DNA of 64,000 nt from an uncultured Gemmataceae bacterium. Lineage in GTDB: Bacteria > Planctomycetota > Planctomycetia > Gemmatales > Gemmataceae. The notes under the pieces were generated by a model. It made no database searches and was not told the DNA's origin. It was given only the letters and a program-made list of their open reading frames with translations. Made by a program: the position numbers and the translations under genes. The stretch covers positions 352,001-416,000 of the forward strand of contig CAVVPN010000003.1 in NCBI GenBank assembly GCA_963750165.1, written 5' to 3'. Shown here piece after piece: positions 1-12,512 of the stretch (its first letter is position 1; each line of letters begins with the position of its first letter).

Positions 1-308
1 CGAACCTGACCGCGACGGTCGCGGAACAGCGGCTCCTCGGCGAAGCGGCGCTGCAACAGGGCGACGAAGTGCTCGTTGATCTCCACGAGGTCCAGGTGAT
101 CGCCGGGCCGCAGCAGCCGCAGCAGGGCCACAGTCACGGCGCCGGTGCCGGGACCGACTTCGAGCACACGCCGCGGCGGCGCCGCCTTGTGGACCTCGGA
201 CGCCAGGGCACGGGCCAGGACGGGACTGCTGGGCAGGACGGACCCGGTGTCGTGGTAGCGGGTGCGAAACTGGCGCCAGAATTCCTGGCACAACGTCCAG
301 TAGCGCAT
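1..308 (-). CDS. Phospholipid/ornithine-lipid N-methyltransferase (PmtA/OlsG-like), 5' part only; runs off window start
   Basis: Manual translation from ATG at 308: MRYWTLCQEFWRQFRTRYHDTGSVLPSSPVLARALASEV...VLEVGPGTGAVT...LDLVEINEHF. It has the GSVLPSS motif and the SAM-binding VLEVGPGTG typical of this family. Not in the supplied ORF track. Confidence 0.8.
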   Translation of the reverse strand, partial: MRYWTLCQEFWRQFRTRYHDTGSVLPSSPVLARALASEVHKAAPPRRVLEVGPGTGAVTVALLRLLRPGDHLDLVEINEHFVALLQRRFAEEPLFRDRRGQV

Positions 309-406
309 GCTGTGCCTCGGCGGCCGTCTCTGACGTGAGGTGCCTCTCCTCGCGTCGGCGGGATAGCATACCGTTTTTTCCAGGGCGAACAACGCGAACT
401 CGCGGC

Positions 407-519
407 TAGAGCGATTTGCGTTTGGGTGTAGCGGAAGTCGCCAGACTTCCGAAGCCGCTACGGAAGTCTGGCGACTTCCGCTACGAGCAAGCCGCTACAC
501 TCGACCGCAAAGTGCTCTA
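407..519. mobile_element. MITE-like element with TA-flanked imperfect terminal inverted repeats, carrying a GTAG REP doublet
   Basis: Left end TAGAGCGATTTGCGTTTGGGTGTAGCGG; reverse complement of right end TAGAGCACTTTGCGGTCGAGTGTAGCGG; TA at both ends. Confidence 0.6.
428..484. repeat. REP-like inverted doublet, family A (copy 1 of 3)
   Basis: GTAGCGGAAGTCGCCAGACTTCCG-spacer-CGGAAGTCTGGCGACTTCCGCTAC; same arms at 39809-39868 and 49736-49791. Confidence 0.9.
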
Positions 520-554
520 AGCAGGCGTCCGCGGTTGGGTAGCGCGTTATTTCG

Positions 555-637
555 TCCGGGCCGCGCACGCAGCGCAGCGAAGTAAGCGGCCACACCAGAG
601 CGGCGCTTACTCCGCTGCGCTGCGTGCGCGGCTCGGA
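555..637. repeat. REP-like long palindrome
   Basis: TCCGGGCCGCGCACGCAGCGCAGCGAAGTAAGCG...CGCTTACTCCGCTGCGCTGCGTGCGCGGCTCGGA, just past the hybrid kinase stop. Confidence 0.75.
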
Positions 638-644
638 GCGCTGC

Positions 645-3406
<2,762 letters not shown>

Positions 3407-3422
3407 GACGCCGCCTCGATGG

Positions 3423-3803
3423 TCATGAGCACACTCCGGCGGTCGCCAGGCGCGCCATGCGTTCGGCGAAAGCGATGGGATCCTCAGTCAGCGGCTTAGT
3501 CACATACTCCTTGCAGCCGCAGGCCAGCGCCTGGCGAATGTCCTCCTGCAGCGCGTGTGCCGACAGCGCCACCACAGGGATGTCCGCCCGTGCGGGGTCT
3601 TTCTTGATGAGGCGCAGGAACGACAGGCCGTCCATGCCGGGCAACTGGATGTCGAGCAGGATCAGGTCCGGTTTATGATGTTCGAGCAACGCCAGCGCGA
3701 TCTCGGCGGTCTCGGCCTCCAGCACCTCGAACTGCATCTCCATGATGTCCCGGAACAGTTTCCGGTTCATGAAGTTGTCTTCCACCATCAGGACCAGCGG
3801 CAT
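3423..3803 (-). CDS. Single-domain response regulator (DivK/CheY-like)
   Basis: VLMVEDN...DLILLDIQLPGMDG...LSAHA...YVTKP. Confidence 0.95.
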   Translation of the reverse strand: MPLVLMVEDNFMNRKLFRDIMEMQFEVLEAETAEIALALLEHHKPDLILLDIQLPGMDGLSFLRLIKKDPARADIPVVALSAHALQEDIRQALACGCKEYVTKPLTEDPIAFAERMARLATAGVCS

Positions 3804-3965
3804 GGAACGCTCCTCGGACAGCGACCCGGCAACGCGCCAAAGGCACAGGAGCCGCGGCGGCCCTGTGCCTCAAAGATCAGGCGCTGGGGTGAAGCGCAGC
3901 TTCATGTGGGGCAGACAGGAATGTCTGCCCCACATGAAGCGGCAGAAAAGCACCACCCCACTCTG

Positions 3966-4694
3966 TTATTTCTTGAACCGATCCACGGCCTTGCGCACGC
4001 CCGCGGCCAGGTCCTGGGCCGCACCGCTCAGCCGCGTGGAAAAGTCATTCCATTCCTGGGCCGTGGCGTGCTGCACATGCTCGTACTGCTTGCTCAGCTC
4101 CTGCCGCTGCTTTTCCAGGCGGCTAACTTCCTTGTCCATTTCTTCTTTGGCCTTGCCCGTTGCGGTCTTGGCCCGCGCCTGGAGGTCTTTCATGTCGGCG
4201 TCGATGTCTTTCATCGTCTTGCCGATGTCCGCACTCAGTTTCTCGCGGTCCTTCTTGAGCTTCTCCTCGGCCGCGACCGGGCTGTGCAGGCTGGTGTGAC
4301 CGGTGGCCTTCCTGATCTCGATGGTAATCGAGCGCGAATCCGAGACGCCGCCGCCGGAGGCCATCACGGTCATGGTGTTCTTGCCCGGTTTGGCTTTCTC
4401 GCCGGCCTTCAACTTGAGGATGACTTCCTTCTTGCCCTTCTCGATCTTGGGCTCCTTGTCCAGCAGGACAACGCCCTCTGGCAGCTTGTCCACCGTGACT
4501 GTGACCGGCTCGTCAAAGTTCTTGCGCTCGATGCTGACGGTCACCTTCTGCTCGCCGTTCTGGTCGATCTCCACATCCTTTGGCGTCGAGAGCGTGAACT
4601 TCTTGCCGTCCTTGCCCTCAGGAGGCGATTTCTGCGTGTTGCAGCCCGCAACCACCAGAACCATCAGCGCCACCGGAACGAGCACGTTCTTCAT
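3966..4694 (-). CDS. Lipoprotein with beta-sandwich N-domain and coiled-coil stress-protein-like C-terminus
   Basis: Start chosen at MKNVLVPVALMVLVVAGC (lipobox VAGC); charged helical C-terminal region. Confidence 0.75.
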   Translation of the reverse strand: MKNVLVPVALMVLVVAGCNTQKSPPEGKDGKKFTLSTPKDVEIDQNGEQKVTVSIERKNFDEPVTVTVDKLPEGVVLLDKEPKIEKGKKEVILKLKAGEKAKPGKNTMTVMASGGGVSDSRSITIEIRKATGHTSLHSPVAAEEKLKKDREKLSADIGKTMKDIDADMKDLQARAKTATGKAKEEMDKEVSRLEKQRQELSKQYEHVQHATAQEWNDFSTRLSGAAQDLAAGVRKAVDRFKK

Positions 4695-4815
4695 CCTTGC
4701 ACTCCTTTGTACAGCTACCCAAAACTGGAACCCGTATGACGAAATCCGTTCGGCCGCGGACCCTGGGCGAATGCGTCGCGCTCGTCCAGAGCCCCCGGCC
4801 AAACGGTGGATCGGC

Positions 4816-5043
4816 TCACGCCTCGTGCGGCCGCCGTCCCAGCAAGATCAACAGACCTCCGACCACCAACGTAGTGATGCCCACGATGGGCGGCAACCAG
4901 ACCGTATGCTCCCGCGTCTGGTTGACCGACATCGGCCCAACCTGCGCCACCTGATCGTGCGTGAAGTACGTGAAACCCTGGTAACCCAGGGCGAGAATGC
5001 CCAGCGCCACCAGAATCAGGCCGAGAATCACCAGGAATCGCAT
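4816..5043 (-). CDS. Small two-TM membrane protein (DUF3185-like)
   Basis: MRFLVILGLILVALGILALGYQGFTY...LPPIVGITTLVVGGLLILLG; RBS AGGAGAG upstream. Confidence 0.75.
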   Translation of the reverse strand: MRFLVILGLILVALGILALGYQGFTYFTHDQVAQVGPMSVNQTREHTVWLPPIVGITTLVVGGLLILLGRRPHEA

Positions 5044-5127
5044 GGCGTCTCTCCTCTCTGTGCCGAAAAAAAGCGCTGCTGTCGCCGATCCACGGCGGCC
5101 GGCGTTATTGTCCGTCTCACTTCTTGA

Positions 5128-5143
5128 AGCAGCTTGTGTGCCG
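5128..5143 (-). promoter_or_regulatory. Candidate sigma54 (-24/-12) promoter for the 5043-3966 genes
   Basis: Minus strand CGGCAC-ACAAG-CTGCT, GG-N10-GC spacing. Confidence 0.5.
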
Positions 5144-5346
5144 CCAGTGTCGCCGCCGCGCTAATTTTTCGGAACCCGTTCCTGCCTGGGGAGTTGCAAT
5201 CCCTGGGTTCCGCCAAAACGCCGCCGATGCGTGAGAATCGCGCTGCCCGGTTGCATGCGGTTGACTTCCCAGATAGGATGAGAGAAAGGGACCACCTTTC
5301 CGACCCAAGCAGGACGTTTCCCAACCATATTCCCCTTGAGCGTTCC

Positions 5347-6825
5347 ATGGTCACCTCCCCCACTTCAACGCCCACGGCTCTGACCGCCAGGCCGGTCCCC
5401 GCCCGAACGCCGACCGCCGAACTCCATCCGCGCATTCTCATCGCCGAGGACAATGCGCCGCTGCGCCAGCAACTCCGGCAGGTGCTGGAAACCGAACCGG
5501 GCGTGAGCGTGGAGACGACCGGCGACGGCCAGGAAGCCCTCGACCTGCTGACGCGCAGCGGTCGTCCGTTCAGCATTATCCTGACCGACCTGAAATTGCC
5601 CGGCCTCGACGGCCTGCAACTCGTGGAGCAGATTCAGAAGCAGGCACTTCCCGTCACGGCCATCGTTTTCACCGCCTACGGCAGCATCCAGGATGCCGTC
5701 CACGCCATGCGCCTCGGGGCTCATGACTTCTTACCCAAACCCATCGACCCCGACCACCTGCTGCTGGTCGTCCGCCGCGCCCTGCGCGAGCGCGCCCTGC
5801 GCGACGAAATCCTGGAACTGCGCGAGCAGATGCAGGAGCGCTACGCCTTCCAGAACATTTTGAGCAAGAATCCGCAGATGCACGCCATCTTCGAGCTGAT
5901 TACCAACGTGGCCCAGACCACCACGACGGTGCTCATCGAGGGCGAGACCGGCACCGGCAAGGAGTTGATCGCCCGCGCCATCCACCAGGCGTCGGCGCGC
6001 TGGCGCACGGGCGCGTTTGTCGCCGTCAACTGCGCGGCGCTGCCCGAGACGCTGCTCGAAAGTGAGCTGTTCGGCCACGAAAAGGGGGCGTTCACCGGCG
6101 CTGCCGGGGCGCGCGTCGGCCGCTTCGAGGCGGCGCACGGCGGCACCCTGTTCCTGGACGAGCTGGGCGAAATCCCGCCGTCGATCCAGGTGAAACTGCT
6201 GCGCGTGCTGCAGGACCACAGTTTCGAGCGCGTCGGCGGCAGCAAGAGCGTCGAAGTGGACGTGCGTCTGGTGGCGGCCACCAACAAGTCGTTGAAAATG
6301 CTGACGCGCAAGGGCAAGTTCCGCGAGGACCTGTATTTCCGCGTCAACGTGGTGCGCCTCGAGCTGCCGCCGTTGCGCGATCGTCCCGAGGACATTCCGC
6401 TGCTGGCGGCGCACTTCGCGGTCAAGTACAGCCGGCTCGGTCAGGCGCCGAAGCAGTTCAGCCCCAAGGCAATGGAGGTGCTGCTCAACTACAACTGGCC
6501 GGGCAACGTCCGCGAACTGGAGAACGTCATCGAACGGGCCTGCGTGGTCTCGCCCGGGGAGGTGATCGGCCCGGCGCAGCTGCCGCCAGACCTGGTGGCC
6601 CCGGCGCCGCCGCGGCTGCCCCTGCGCATCAACCTGGAACGCGGATTGCACGAGCAGATGCAGGAACTGGCGGCCCAGTTCGAGCAACAGTACCTGCGCA
6701 AAGCACTGAAAAAGGCGCGCGGCAACGTCGGCCGTTGCGCGGAGATCTGCAATCTGTCGCGGCGAAGCCTGTCCACCAAACTCGCCGAATACAAACTCGA
6801 CAAGAACGAATTCAAGGGCTCATGA
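5347..6825 (+). CDS. Sigma54-dependent response regulator (NtrC/AtoC family; REC-AAA+-HTH)
   Basis: [53 protein letters not shown]. Start at ATG 5347 is approximate. Confidence 0.95.
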   Translation: MVTSPTSTPTALTARPVPARTPTAELHPRILIAEDNAPLRQQLRQVLETEPGVSVETTGDGQEALDLLTRSGRPFSIILTDLKLPGLDGLQLVEQIQKQALPVTAIVFTAYGSIQDAVHAMRLGAHDFLPKPIDPDHLLLVVRRALRERALRDEILELREQMQERYAFQNILSKNPQMHAIFELITNVAQTTTTVLIEGETGTGKELIARAIHQASARWRTGAFVAVNCAALPETLLESELFGHEKGAFTGAAGARVGRFEAAHGGTLFLDELGEIPPSIQVKLLRVLQDHSFERVGGSKSVEVDVRLVAATNKSLKMLTRKGKFREDLYFRVNVVRLELPPLRDRPEDIPLLAAHFAVKYSRLGQAPKQFSPKAMEVLLNYNWPGNVRELENVIERACVVSPGEVIGPAQLPPDLVAPAPPRLPLRINLERGLHEQMQELAAQFEQQYLRKALKKARGNVGRCAEICNLSRRSLSTKLAEYKLDKNEFKGS

Positions 6826-7933
6826 GCCAACCCACCCCCCCCGCGCGGCCTGGAGCGCACGCCATCGCGGCCATTCTACGGCAAATGCCGGACAGTCTGG
6901 CCCGAGCCTGCCAGCTGGCCCAGTTGCTGCGGGCGCATTGGCCCGAGGCCAAGCTGTATGCCTGTCAGGTGCCGGACGGGGCCGCTACAGCGCTGTGCGT
7001 GCTCGACGACACCGGCACCGAGCAACCCACCTGGGAGGCTGCGCTGGCACCGCGGCTGCGCAAACCGGGCGCACGTTCGCGCCGCCGCCTGCGCTGCACC
7101 TGGAGGGCCAACGGTTGTACAGCGCCGGCGGCGGCCGGCTCGGCTTCCCACGGACGGTGCTGGCGCTGGCCCTGCCCGAGGCACGCGACCGCCAGGCCCT
7201 GGCGGCGGCGCGGCGCGACCTGGCGGCCTGGGCCGAGGAGGTCGCTTTCCACCTGTGCCTGGAAGCGCACGGCGGCGGTGGTTTGCTGGTGCGCCAGGAG
7301 TTGGCGGAGGAGCGTGGCCTGGGCAACGTGTGTGAGGCCAGCGGCGTCTTTCTGCACGAACTGGGCAATTCCTTGAACGTGCTGCTGTTCGAGTTGGCGA
7401 TCCTGGAGCGAAAGTCGCCGGAGGAGTTGCGCGGCAGTCTGGCGGGACTGCGCGAGGTGGGCCGCGACATCGCATGCCAGATGCAGGAGCTGCGCAGCTA
7501 CGAGGACAGCCAGCGGACGGCGGTGTACGCCGTGGACCTGAACGCCGTGGTGCGGGCGGCGGCGGACGAGGGCCTGACCGTCTGGGCGGCGCCCGCGACG
7601 CTGACGCTGGAGGCCAACCTGCCGGCGGTGCTGGCGACGGTGGCCGACGTGCAGCGACTGCTGCGGTTGCTGGTCGGAGTGGCGGCGCGGGTGCCGGAGG
7701 CGCGGCCGCCGCTGGAACTGCAAACGCGCCGGGCGGCGGAGGGCGTGCAACTGCGCCTGTGCTGGGCCGGCCCGGAGAGCGCCGAGCCGCCGACGCTGCC
7801 ACAGGTCCAGGAGGTGCAGTTTGCCTGGCCCGTCTGTCAGCGGCTGGTGCGCCGCCTGCGGGGGGTGCTGCGGCTGGAGCCGCAACCGAGCGGCGGCGCC
7901 CTGTGCGTCGATCTAGCGGCGGCCTCCGCGTGA
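6822..7933 (+). CDS. Degenerate histidine-kinase-like protein (H-box intact, ATP-binding motifs lost), frameshift near 7065-7075
   Basis: ATGA overlap with the upstream stop; [11 protein letters not shown]-box; [14 protein letters not shown] spacing of a HATPase fold but no N, D/G1 or G2 boxes. Confidence 0.65.
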
Positions 7934-7999
7934 CTTCCACGAGAAGCGCATTTCTCAGCTGCTTGAACCACTCGCCTCACCCGTCGGCCCTTTTTCTTC

Positions 8000-8015
8000 T
8001 GGCACGGCGCTTGCA
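8000..8015 (+). promoter_or_regulatory. Sigma54 promoter upstream of csbD-like gene
   Basis: TGGCAC-GGCGC-TTGCA, perfect consensus. Confidence 0.75.
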
Positions 8016-8174
8016 ACACGAACATTTACTTCCCATTTCTCGCCCGGGCAAGAGGCCGGAAGGTTGGCGGGAAATGAAATGATTTGCTGACGGTGCCGGA
8101 CGCGACGAGGTGACCGCGCACCGCTGACGGATCGGCTGTACCAAGTATCGATCAGAGCAGAAAAGGAGGCAACG

Positions 8175-8363
8175 ATGAACGCGACGAGCCAGAAGTGGGA
8201 GGGCCGTTGGGACCAGTTGAAAGGCAAGGTCAAACAGGCCTGGGGCATGTTGACCGACGATGACCTCAAGCAGGTGGAAGGCAAGTACGATCAGTTGATC
8301 GGCCTCATCAAGACGAAGACAGGCAAGACGCAGGCCGAGATCGAAAAGCAACTGAACGACTGA
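8175..8363 (+). CDS. csbD: CsbD/YjbJ family general stress protein
   Basis: [23 protein letters not shown]...[20 protein letters not shown]. Confidence 0.92.
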   Translation: MNATSQKWEGRWDQLKGKVKQAWGMLTDDDLKQVEGKYDQLIGLIKTKTGKTQAEIEKQLND

Positions 8364-8392
8364 CGACCGGGGCCGGAAGTGCGAGGCGCGAG

Positions 8393-8425
8393 GACCGCCG
8401 TCCTGGAAACGGGGCGGCGGTCTTT
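8393..8425 (+). terminator. Hairpin terminator after csbD
   Basis: GACCGCCGTCCTG-GAAA-CGGGGCGGCGGTC-TTTG. Confidence 0.65.
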
Positions 8426-8669
8426 GTGTGCGCCCGTCCTGGTTTCGGATCCTCTTTCGTGGGGCAGGCTGGGCGGTATAATGCTTGAGGAAGTGCCAGG
8501 GAGGGCTTGCATCTCGTTTCATTTCTCAGACCCCCTGAAATCTCCGGGGGTCGCGCTGATTCCCTGCAACCAGTTGGTCGAGGCACGGCGCCCCCGACGG
8601 CGTTTGCCCTTGACGCCGCCCTTCGGCGGTCGCTACAGTTTTCGTAGACAGCGTTGCGTCTGCACCGGG

Positions 8670-8705
8670 AATGCCTGATGCCACTGGGCGGCACAGGCGT
8701 TTTTT
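8670..8705 (+). terminator. Intrinsic-terminator-like hairpin in the purA leader
   Basis: AATGCCTG(A)TGCC-ACTGGGC-GGCACAGGCGTT followed by a T-run, 65 nt before the purA ATG. Confidence 0.55.
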
Positions 8706-8769
8706 ATGTCCTGAAACCAAGCGGGGCCGTCGCGCAACCCGAGCGCGGCCCCCGAGCTGGGTGGCTGGA

Positions 8770-10059
8770 ATGGCCTACACCTGCGTGGTCGGCCTGCAAT
8801 GGGGCGACGAGGCCAAGGGGAAAATCGTCGATCTGCTCACCGAACAGCACGACTTCGTTGTGCGTTACAACGGCGGCGCCAACGCCGGCCATACCGTCGT
8901 CAAGAACGGCCAGACCTTCAAGTTCTCGTTGCTGCCGACCGGCATCCTGCAACCCCACGTCCAGGCGGTCATCGGCAACGGCGTCGTCGTCAATCCGGTG
9001 CGCTTCTTCGAGGAGGTCCACCAGTTGCGCGCCGCCGGCGTCAGCATCGGCGACAACCTCGTCGTCAGCGACCACGCTCATGTCATCTTCCCCTACCACG
9101 TCGAGGAGGAGCGGTTGACCGAACAGGGCGGCGGCCAGGTCATCGGCACCACCGGCCGTGGCATCGGTCCGTGTTACATGGACAAGGTGAGCCGCAGTTT
9201 CGGCGTCCGCGTCGGCGAGTTGCTGTACCCGGACCACCTGCGCGAACGGCTGCGGCTGATCGTGGCCCGCAAGAACCGCATCATCGCGGCGCTGGCCAAC
9301 GGTGACGGCAAGCAGTTCGACGCCGACGCCCTGGCGGCGGACTTCGCGAATCACGGCGCGGCGCTGCGGCCGCACATCCGGGACACGGCGCGGCTGCTGC
9401 ACGAGGCCGGCAAGCAGGGCAAGCGCGTGCTGTTCGAGGCGGCCCAGGGCAGTCTGCTCGACATCGACCACGGCACCTATCCGTATGTGACCAGTTCCAA
9501 CAGTTCGACGGCCGGCGTCTGGAGCGGCTCGGGCGTGTCGGCGCGGAAGCTGGAGCGTGTCATCGGCGTGCTGAAGGCGTACACCACGCGCGTTGGCCGC
9601 GGCCCGTTCCCGACGGAGCTGAACGACGGCCCCGACGGCATCGGCGAGCGCATCCGCCGCACCGGGCGCGAGTACGGCACCGTCACCGGCCGGCCGCGGC
9701 GCTGCGGCTGGTTCGACGCCGTGGCCGCCCGCTACACCGCGGCGCTGTCCGGCGCCGACCAGCTGGCGGTGATGCTGCTCGACGTGCTCAGCGTCGTCGA
9801 GGAACTGAAGGTGTGCGTCGCCTACGAACTGGACGGCGCACGCATCGACTACTTCCCGGCGGACGCTTTTTTGCTGGAGCGCTGCCGGCCGGTGTACGAG
9901 ACGCTGCCGGGCTGGCGCGTGCCGGTGGACGCGTCGCGGCGGCTGGCGGACCTGCCGGCGGCGGCACGGCGCGATGTGGAGCGGCTGTGCGAATTGGTGG
10001 AGCTGCCGGTGACGATGGTGTCGGTCGGGCCGGATCGGGCGCAGACGATTGTGGTGTGA
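8770..10059 (+). CDS. purA: Adenylosuccinate synthetase
   Basis: VVGLQWGDEAKGKIVD, GGANAGHT, GTTGRGIGP, GTYPYVTSS, EYGTVTGRPRRCGWFD. Confidence 0.98.
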   Translation: MAYTCVVGLQWGDEAKGKIVDLLTEQHDFVVRYNGGANAGHTVVKNGQTFKFSLLPTGILQPHVQAVIGNGVVVNPVRFFEEVHQLRAAGVSIGDNLVVSDHAHVIFPYHVEEERLTEQGGGQVIGTTGRGIGPCYMDKVSRSFGVRVGELLYPDHLRERLRLIVARKNRIIAALANGDGKQFDADALAADFANHGAALRPHIRDTARLLHEAGKQGKRVLFEAAQGSLLDIDHGTYPYVTSSNSSTAGVWSGSGVSARKLERVIGVLKAYTTRVGRGPFPTELNDGPDGIGERIRRTGREYGTVTGRPRRCGWFDAVAARYTAALSGADQLAVMLLDVLSVVEELKVCVAYELDGARIDYFPADAFLLERCRPVYETLPGWRVPVDASRRLADLPAAARRDVERLCELVELPVTMVSVGPDRAQTIVV

Positions 10060-10096
10060 GGCCCAGCGGAATTGTTTAGATTGACAGGACAAGCGG

Positions 10097-10396
10097 ATGG
10101 CAATTCGCAAGAAAGGGGCGCGCCGCATTGTGGTCGATGGTGAGCCGTACCTCTGGCGGGTGCGTCAAAAACCGTCCTACATTCAGGGGCTCGGGTGGAC
10201 CAGCCTGACAGTCGCGGTACAGCACGCGACCGCATCGGGAACTACCCTCGTCGGCCGTGTACGCCGACCGCGGTTAGACAACTGGGGGGAGTTGCCGTCC
10301 GCCCCAGTGATACCGTCTGAAGTGGCTGACCTGATCCGTCAAGCCATCGCGGCCGGTTGGCAGCCACGTGTCCCCGGCAAGCAATTTATCTTGTAA
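10097..10396 (+). CDS. Hypothetical protein
   Basis: 99-aa ORF MAIRKKGARRIVVDGEPYLWRVR..., in operon orientation, composition less GC-biased than neighbours. Confidence 0.7.
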   Translation: MAIRKKGARRIVVDGEPYLWRVRQKPSYIQGLGWTSLTVAVQHATASGTTLVGRVRRPRLDNWGELPSAPVIPSEVADLIRQAIAAGWQPRVPGKQFIL

Positions 10397-10439
10397 CGAA
10401 TAAACTGCTCATTATCGTCGAACGCGACTGGAGTGAGCC

Positions 10440-10805
10440 ATGAATGAATTCGATTATGACGACGGCTTCATCGAGGGGATCACCCTTTTCCCGATCTATT
10501 ACCTCGACGAAACCGGGAAGCCTGTTGAAGTTCCTGAAGTCCCGCCGGAGCAGATCAGCTTCCACGGCAGTTTCTCCTGGATCCTCTACCGCCCGTACCT
10601 TGCCTTTTTCGCTAGACACCAGCGGCGCCAGATCCAATGTGAAGTGTCGTGGAAAACGCTCTCTGCACTGTTTCACTCGAAGGTGAGTAGCGAGGGCGAA
10701 GCCGAGGCGCTGTACCTGGCCCACCGGCACGAACTGGAAGAGATGGCCCGAACGCTCATCGAGCAGGGCAAGGTGACGGCCGACGACCGCGTCCTCATCG
10801 AATGA
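10440..10805 (+). CDS. Hypothetical protein, C-terminal half DUF1488-like
   Basis: IQCEVSWKTLSALF...LYLAHRHELEEMARTLI resembles DUF1488; stop overlaps the uppS ATG (ATGA). Confidence 0.6.
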   Translation: MNEFDYDDGFIEGITLFPIYYLDETGKPVEVPEVPPEQISFHGSFSWILYRPYLAFFARHQRRQIQCEVSWKTLSALFHSKVSSEGEAEALYLAHRHELEEMARTLIEQGKVTADDRVLIE

Positions 10806-11602
10806 CCCCGTCCCCCGCACCAATGGAACCGTTGCGGATGACCAGGACCTTTTCCGCCGATACGCTGCAACGTCTGCACGCCGCCGGCCTCGACCCCGAC
10901 CGGCTGCCGCGGCACGTCGCCGTCATCATGGACGGCAACGGCCGCTGGGCGCAGCAGCGCGGCAAGCCGCGCATCGAGGGCCACCGTCGCGGCGTCCAGA
11001 GCGTCCGCGGCACCATCGAGGAGTGCTGTCGCCTCGGCATCGGCCAGCTGACGCTCTACTGCCTGAGCGTCGAGAACTGGAAGCGGCCGCAGGCGGAGCT
11101 CGACTTCCTCATGGCCCTGCTGCACCAGTACCTCCTCGCCGAGCGCGCCGAGATCATGGAGCAGAACATCCGCTTCACGACCATCGGCCGCCGCAGCGAA
11201 CTGCCGCCGAACGTCCTCGCCGAGATCGACGAGAACGTCCGCGTCAGCAAGGACAACAGCGGTATGGTGCTGTGCCTGGCGATCAACTACGGCGGCCGCA
11301 CCGAGATCGTGGACGCCGTGCGCTCCCTCGCCCGCCAGGCCCGCGCCGGCCAGCTCGACCCGGACGCCATTGACGAGGCCCTGGTAAGCGCGGCGCTGTA
11401 CACGGCGGGCATGCCGGACCCGGACCTGCTCATCCGTACCGCGGCGGAGATGCGCGTCAGCAACTTCTTGCTCTGGCAAATTTCGTACGCGGAGCTATGG
11501 GTGACGCCGAAGTGCTGGCCGGACTTCGACGCGGCCACACTGGTGGAGGCGCTGCGCGACTACGCCGGCCGCACACGACGCTTCGGCGGACTCAAGGGTT
11601 GA
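10802..11602 (+). CDS. uppS: Isoprenyl transferase (undecaprenyl diphosphate synthase)
   Basis: HVAVIMDGNGRWA, SVENWKRP, NYGGR, DLLIRT, RVSNFLLWQISYAEL. Confidence 0.97.
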   Translation: MTPSPAPMEPLRMTRTFSADTLQRLHAAGLDPDRLPRHVAVIMDGNGRWAQQRGKPRIEGHRRGVQSVRGTIEECCRLGIGQLTLYCLSVENWKRPQAELDFLMALLHQYLLAERAEIMEQNIRFTTIGRRSELPPNVLAEIDENVRVSKDNSGMVLCLAINYGGRTEIVDAVRSLARQARAGQLDPDAIDEALVSAALYTAGMPDPDLLIRTAAEMRVSNFLLWQISYAELWVTPKCWPDFDAATLVEALRDYAGRTRRFGGLKG

Positions 11603-11608
11603 CAGCCG

Positions 11609-12487
11609 ATGTTGCGCACCCGGCTGTGGATGGGCACCCTGCTGACGGCGGTCGTGCTCGGGTTGCTGGTGGGTGACGCCTGGCTGAGGCCGTGGTATCC
11701 CGGCCTGTTCCTGGTGATCCTGGGCCTGAGTCTGGCCGCCGCGGTGGAGTTGCTGCACCTGCTCGGCACCCTCGGCCGGCCGCTCGTGTGGCTGGTGTAC
11801 CTCGGCCTGGTCGCCGTGGTCGTGGCCAACTGGCTGCCGCACTTGCCGGTCTGGCCCATGCCCCTCGGTTCGCCCGCTTCGTGGATCCTGGGCACCTTTG
11901 TCGCCTTCGTGCTGGCGGTGTTTTTGAATGAGATGCGCACCTACCGCGAAGCAGGCACGTCGGTCCACCGCATGGCCGTGGCCGTCTGGGCGGTGGCGTA
12001 TCTGGGTCTGTTGCCCAGCTTCCTCGCTCAGCTGCGCTGGCTGCCGGGCGACGCAGGCCGGGGGGGTACGGTCGCGCTGGCGCTGGCGATCTTCGTGCCC
12101 AAGGGCGGCGACATCGGCGCCTACTTCGCCGGCCGCTACCTCGGCCGGCACCGCATGACGCCGCTGCTGAGCCCGAAGAAAACCTGGGAGGGCGCGGCGG
12201 GTGGACTGGCGGCGGCGGTGGCGGTGACGTTCGCCATCGACCGGCTGACGCAGGCACACCTGTTGCAAGAACTGGTGTGGGCGGAGGTCGGCTTCGGGCT
12301 GACGGTGGGCGTGGCCGGCATGCTCGGCGACCTGGCGGAGTCGCTCATCAAACGCGACTGCCAGTGCAAGGATGCGGGCGAGACGGTGCCGGGCTTCGGT
12401 GGTGTGCTGGACGTGGTGGACGCGGTGCTGTTCGCGGCGCCGGTGGCGTTCTGCTGGTTGTACCTGCTGCGGCCGACGCCGACGTGA
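11609..12487 (+). CDS. cdsA: Phosphatidate cytidylyltransferase
   Basis: DIGAYFAG, SPKKTWEG, GDLAESLIKRD..KD.G..VPGFGGVLD. Confidence 0.95.
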   Translation: MLRTRLWMGTLLTAVVLGLLVGDAWLRPWYPGLFLVILGLSLAAAVELLHLLGTLGRPLVWLVYLGLVAVVVANWLPHLPVWPMPLGSPASWILGTFVAFVLAVFLNEMRTYREAGTSVHRMAVAVWAVAYLGLLPSFLAQLRWLPGDAGRGGTVALALAIFVPKGGDIGAYFAGRYLGRHRMTPLLSPKKTWEGAAGGLAAAVAVTFAIDRLTQAHLLQELVWAEVGFGLTVGVAGMLGDLAESLIKRDCQCKDAGETVPGFGGVLDVVDAVLFAAPVAFCWLYLLRPTPT

Positions 12488-12512
12488 ACCCGTAGCAGTT
12501 CAAGTGAGTCCA

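Noticed and set aside
8640..8705. Known ZTP, purine or PRPP riboswitch
   Set aside because: The consensus cores were not recognisable, so it is kept only as an unknown leader candidate.
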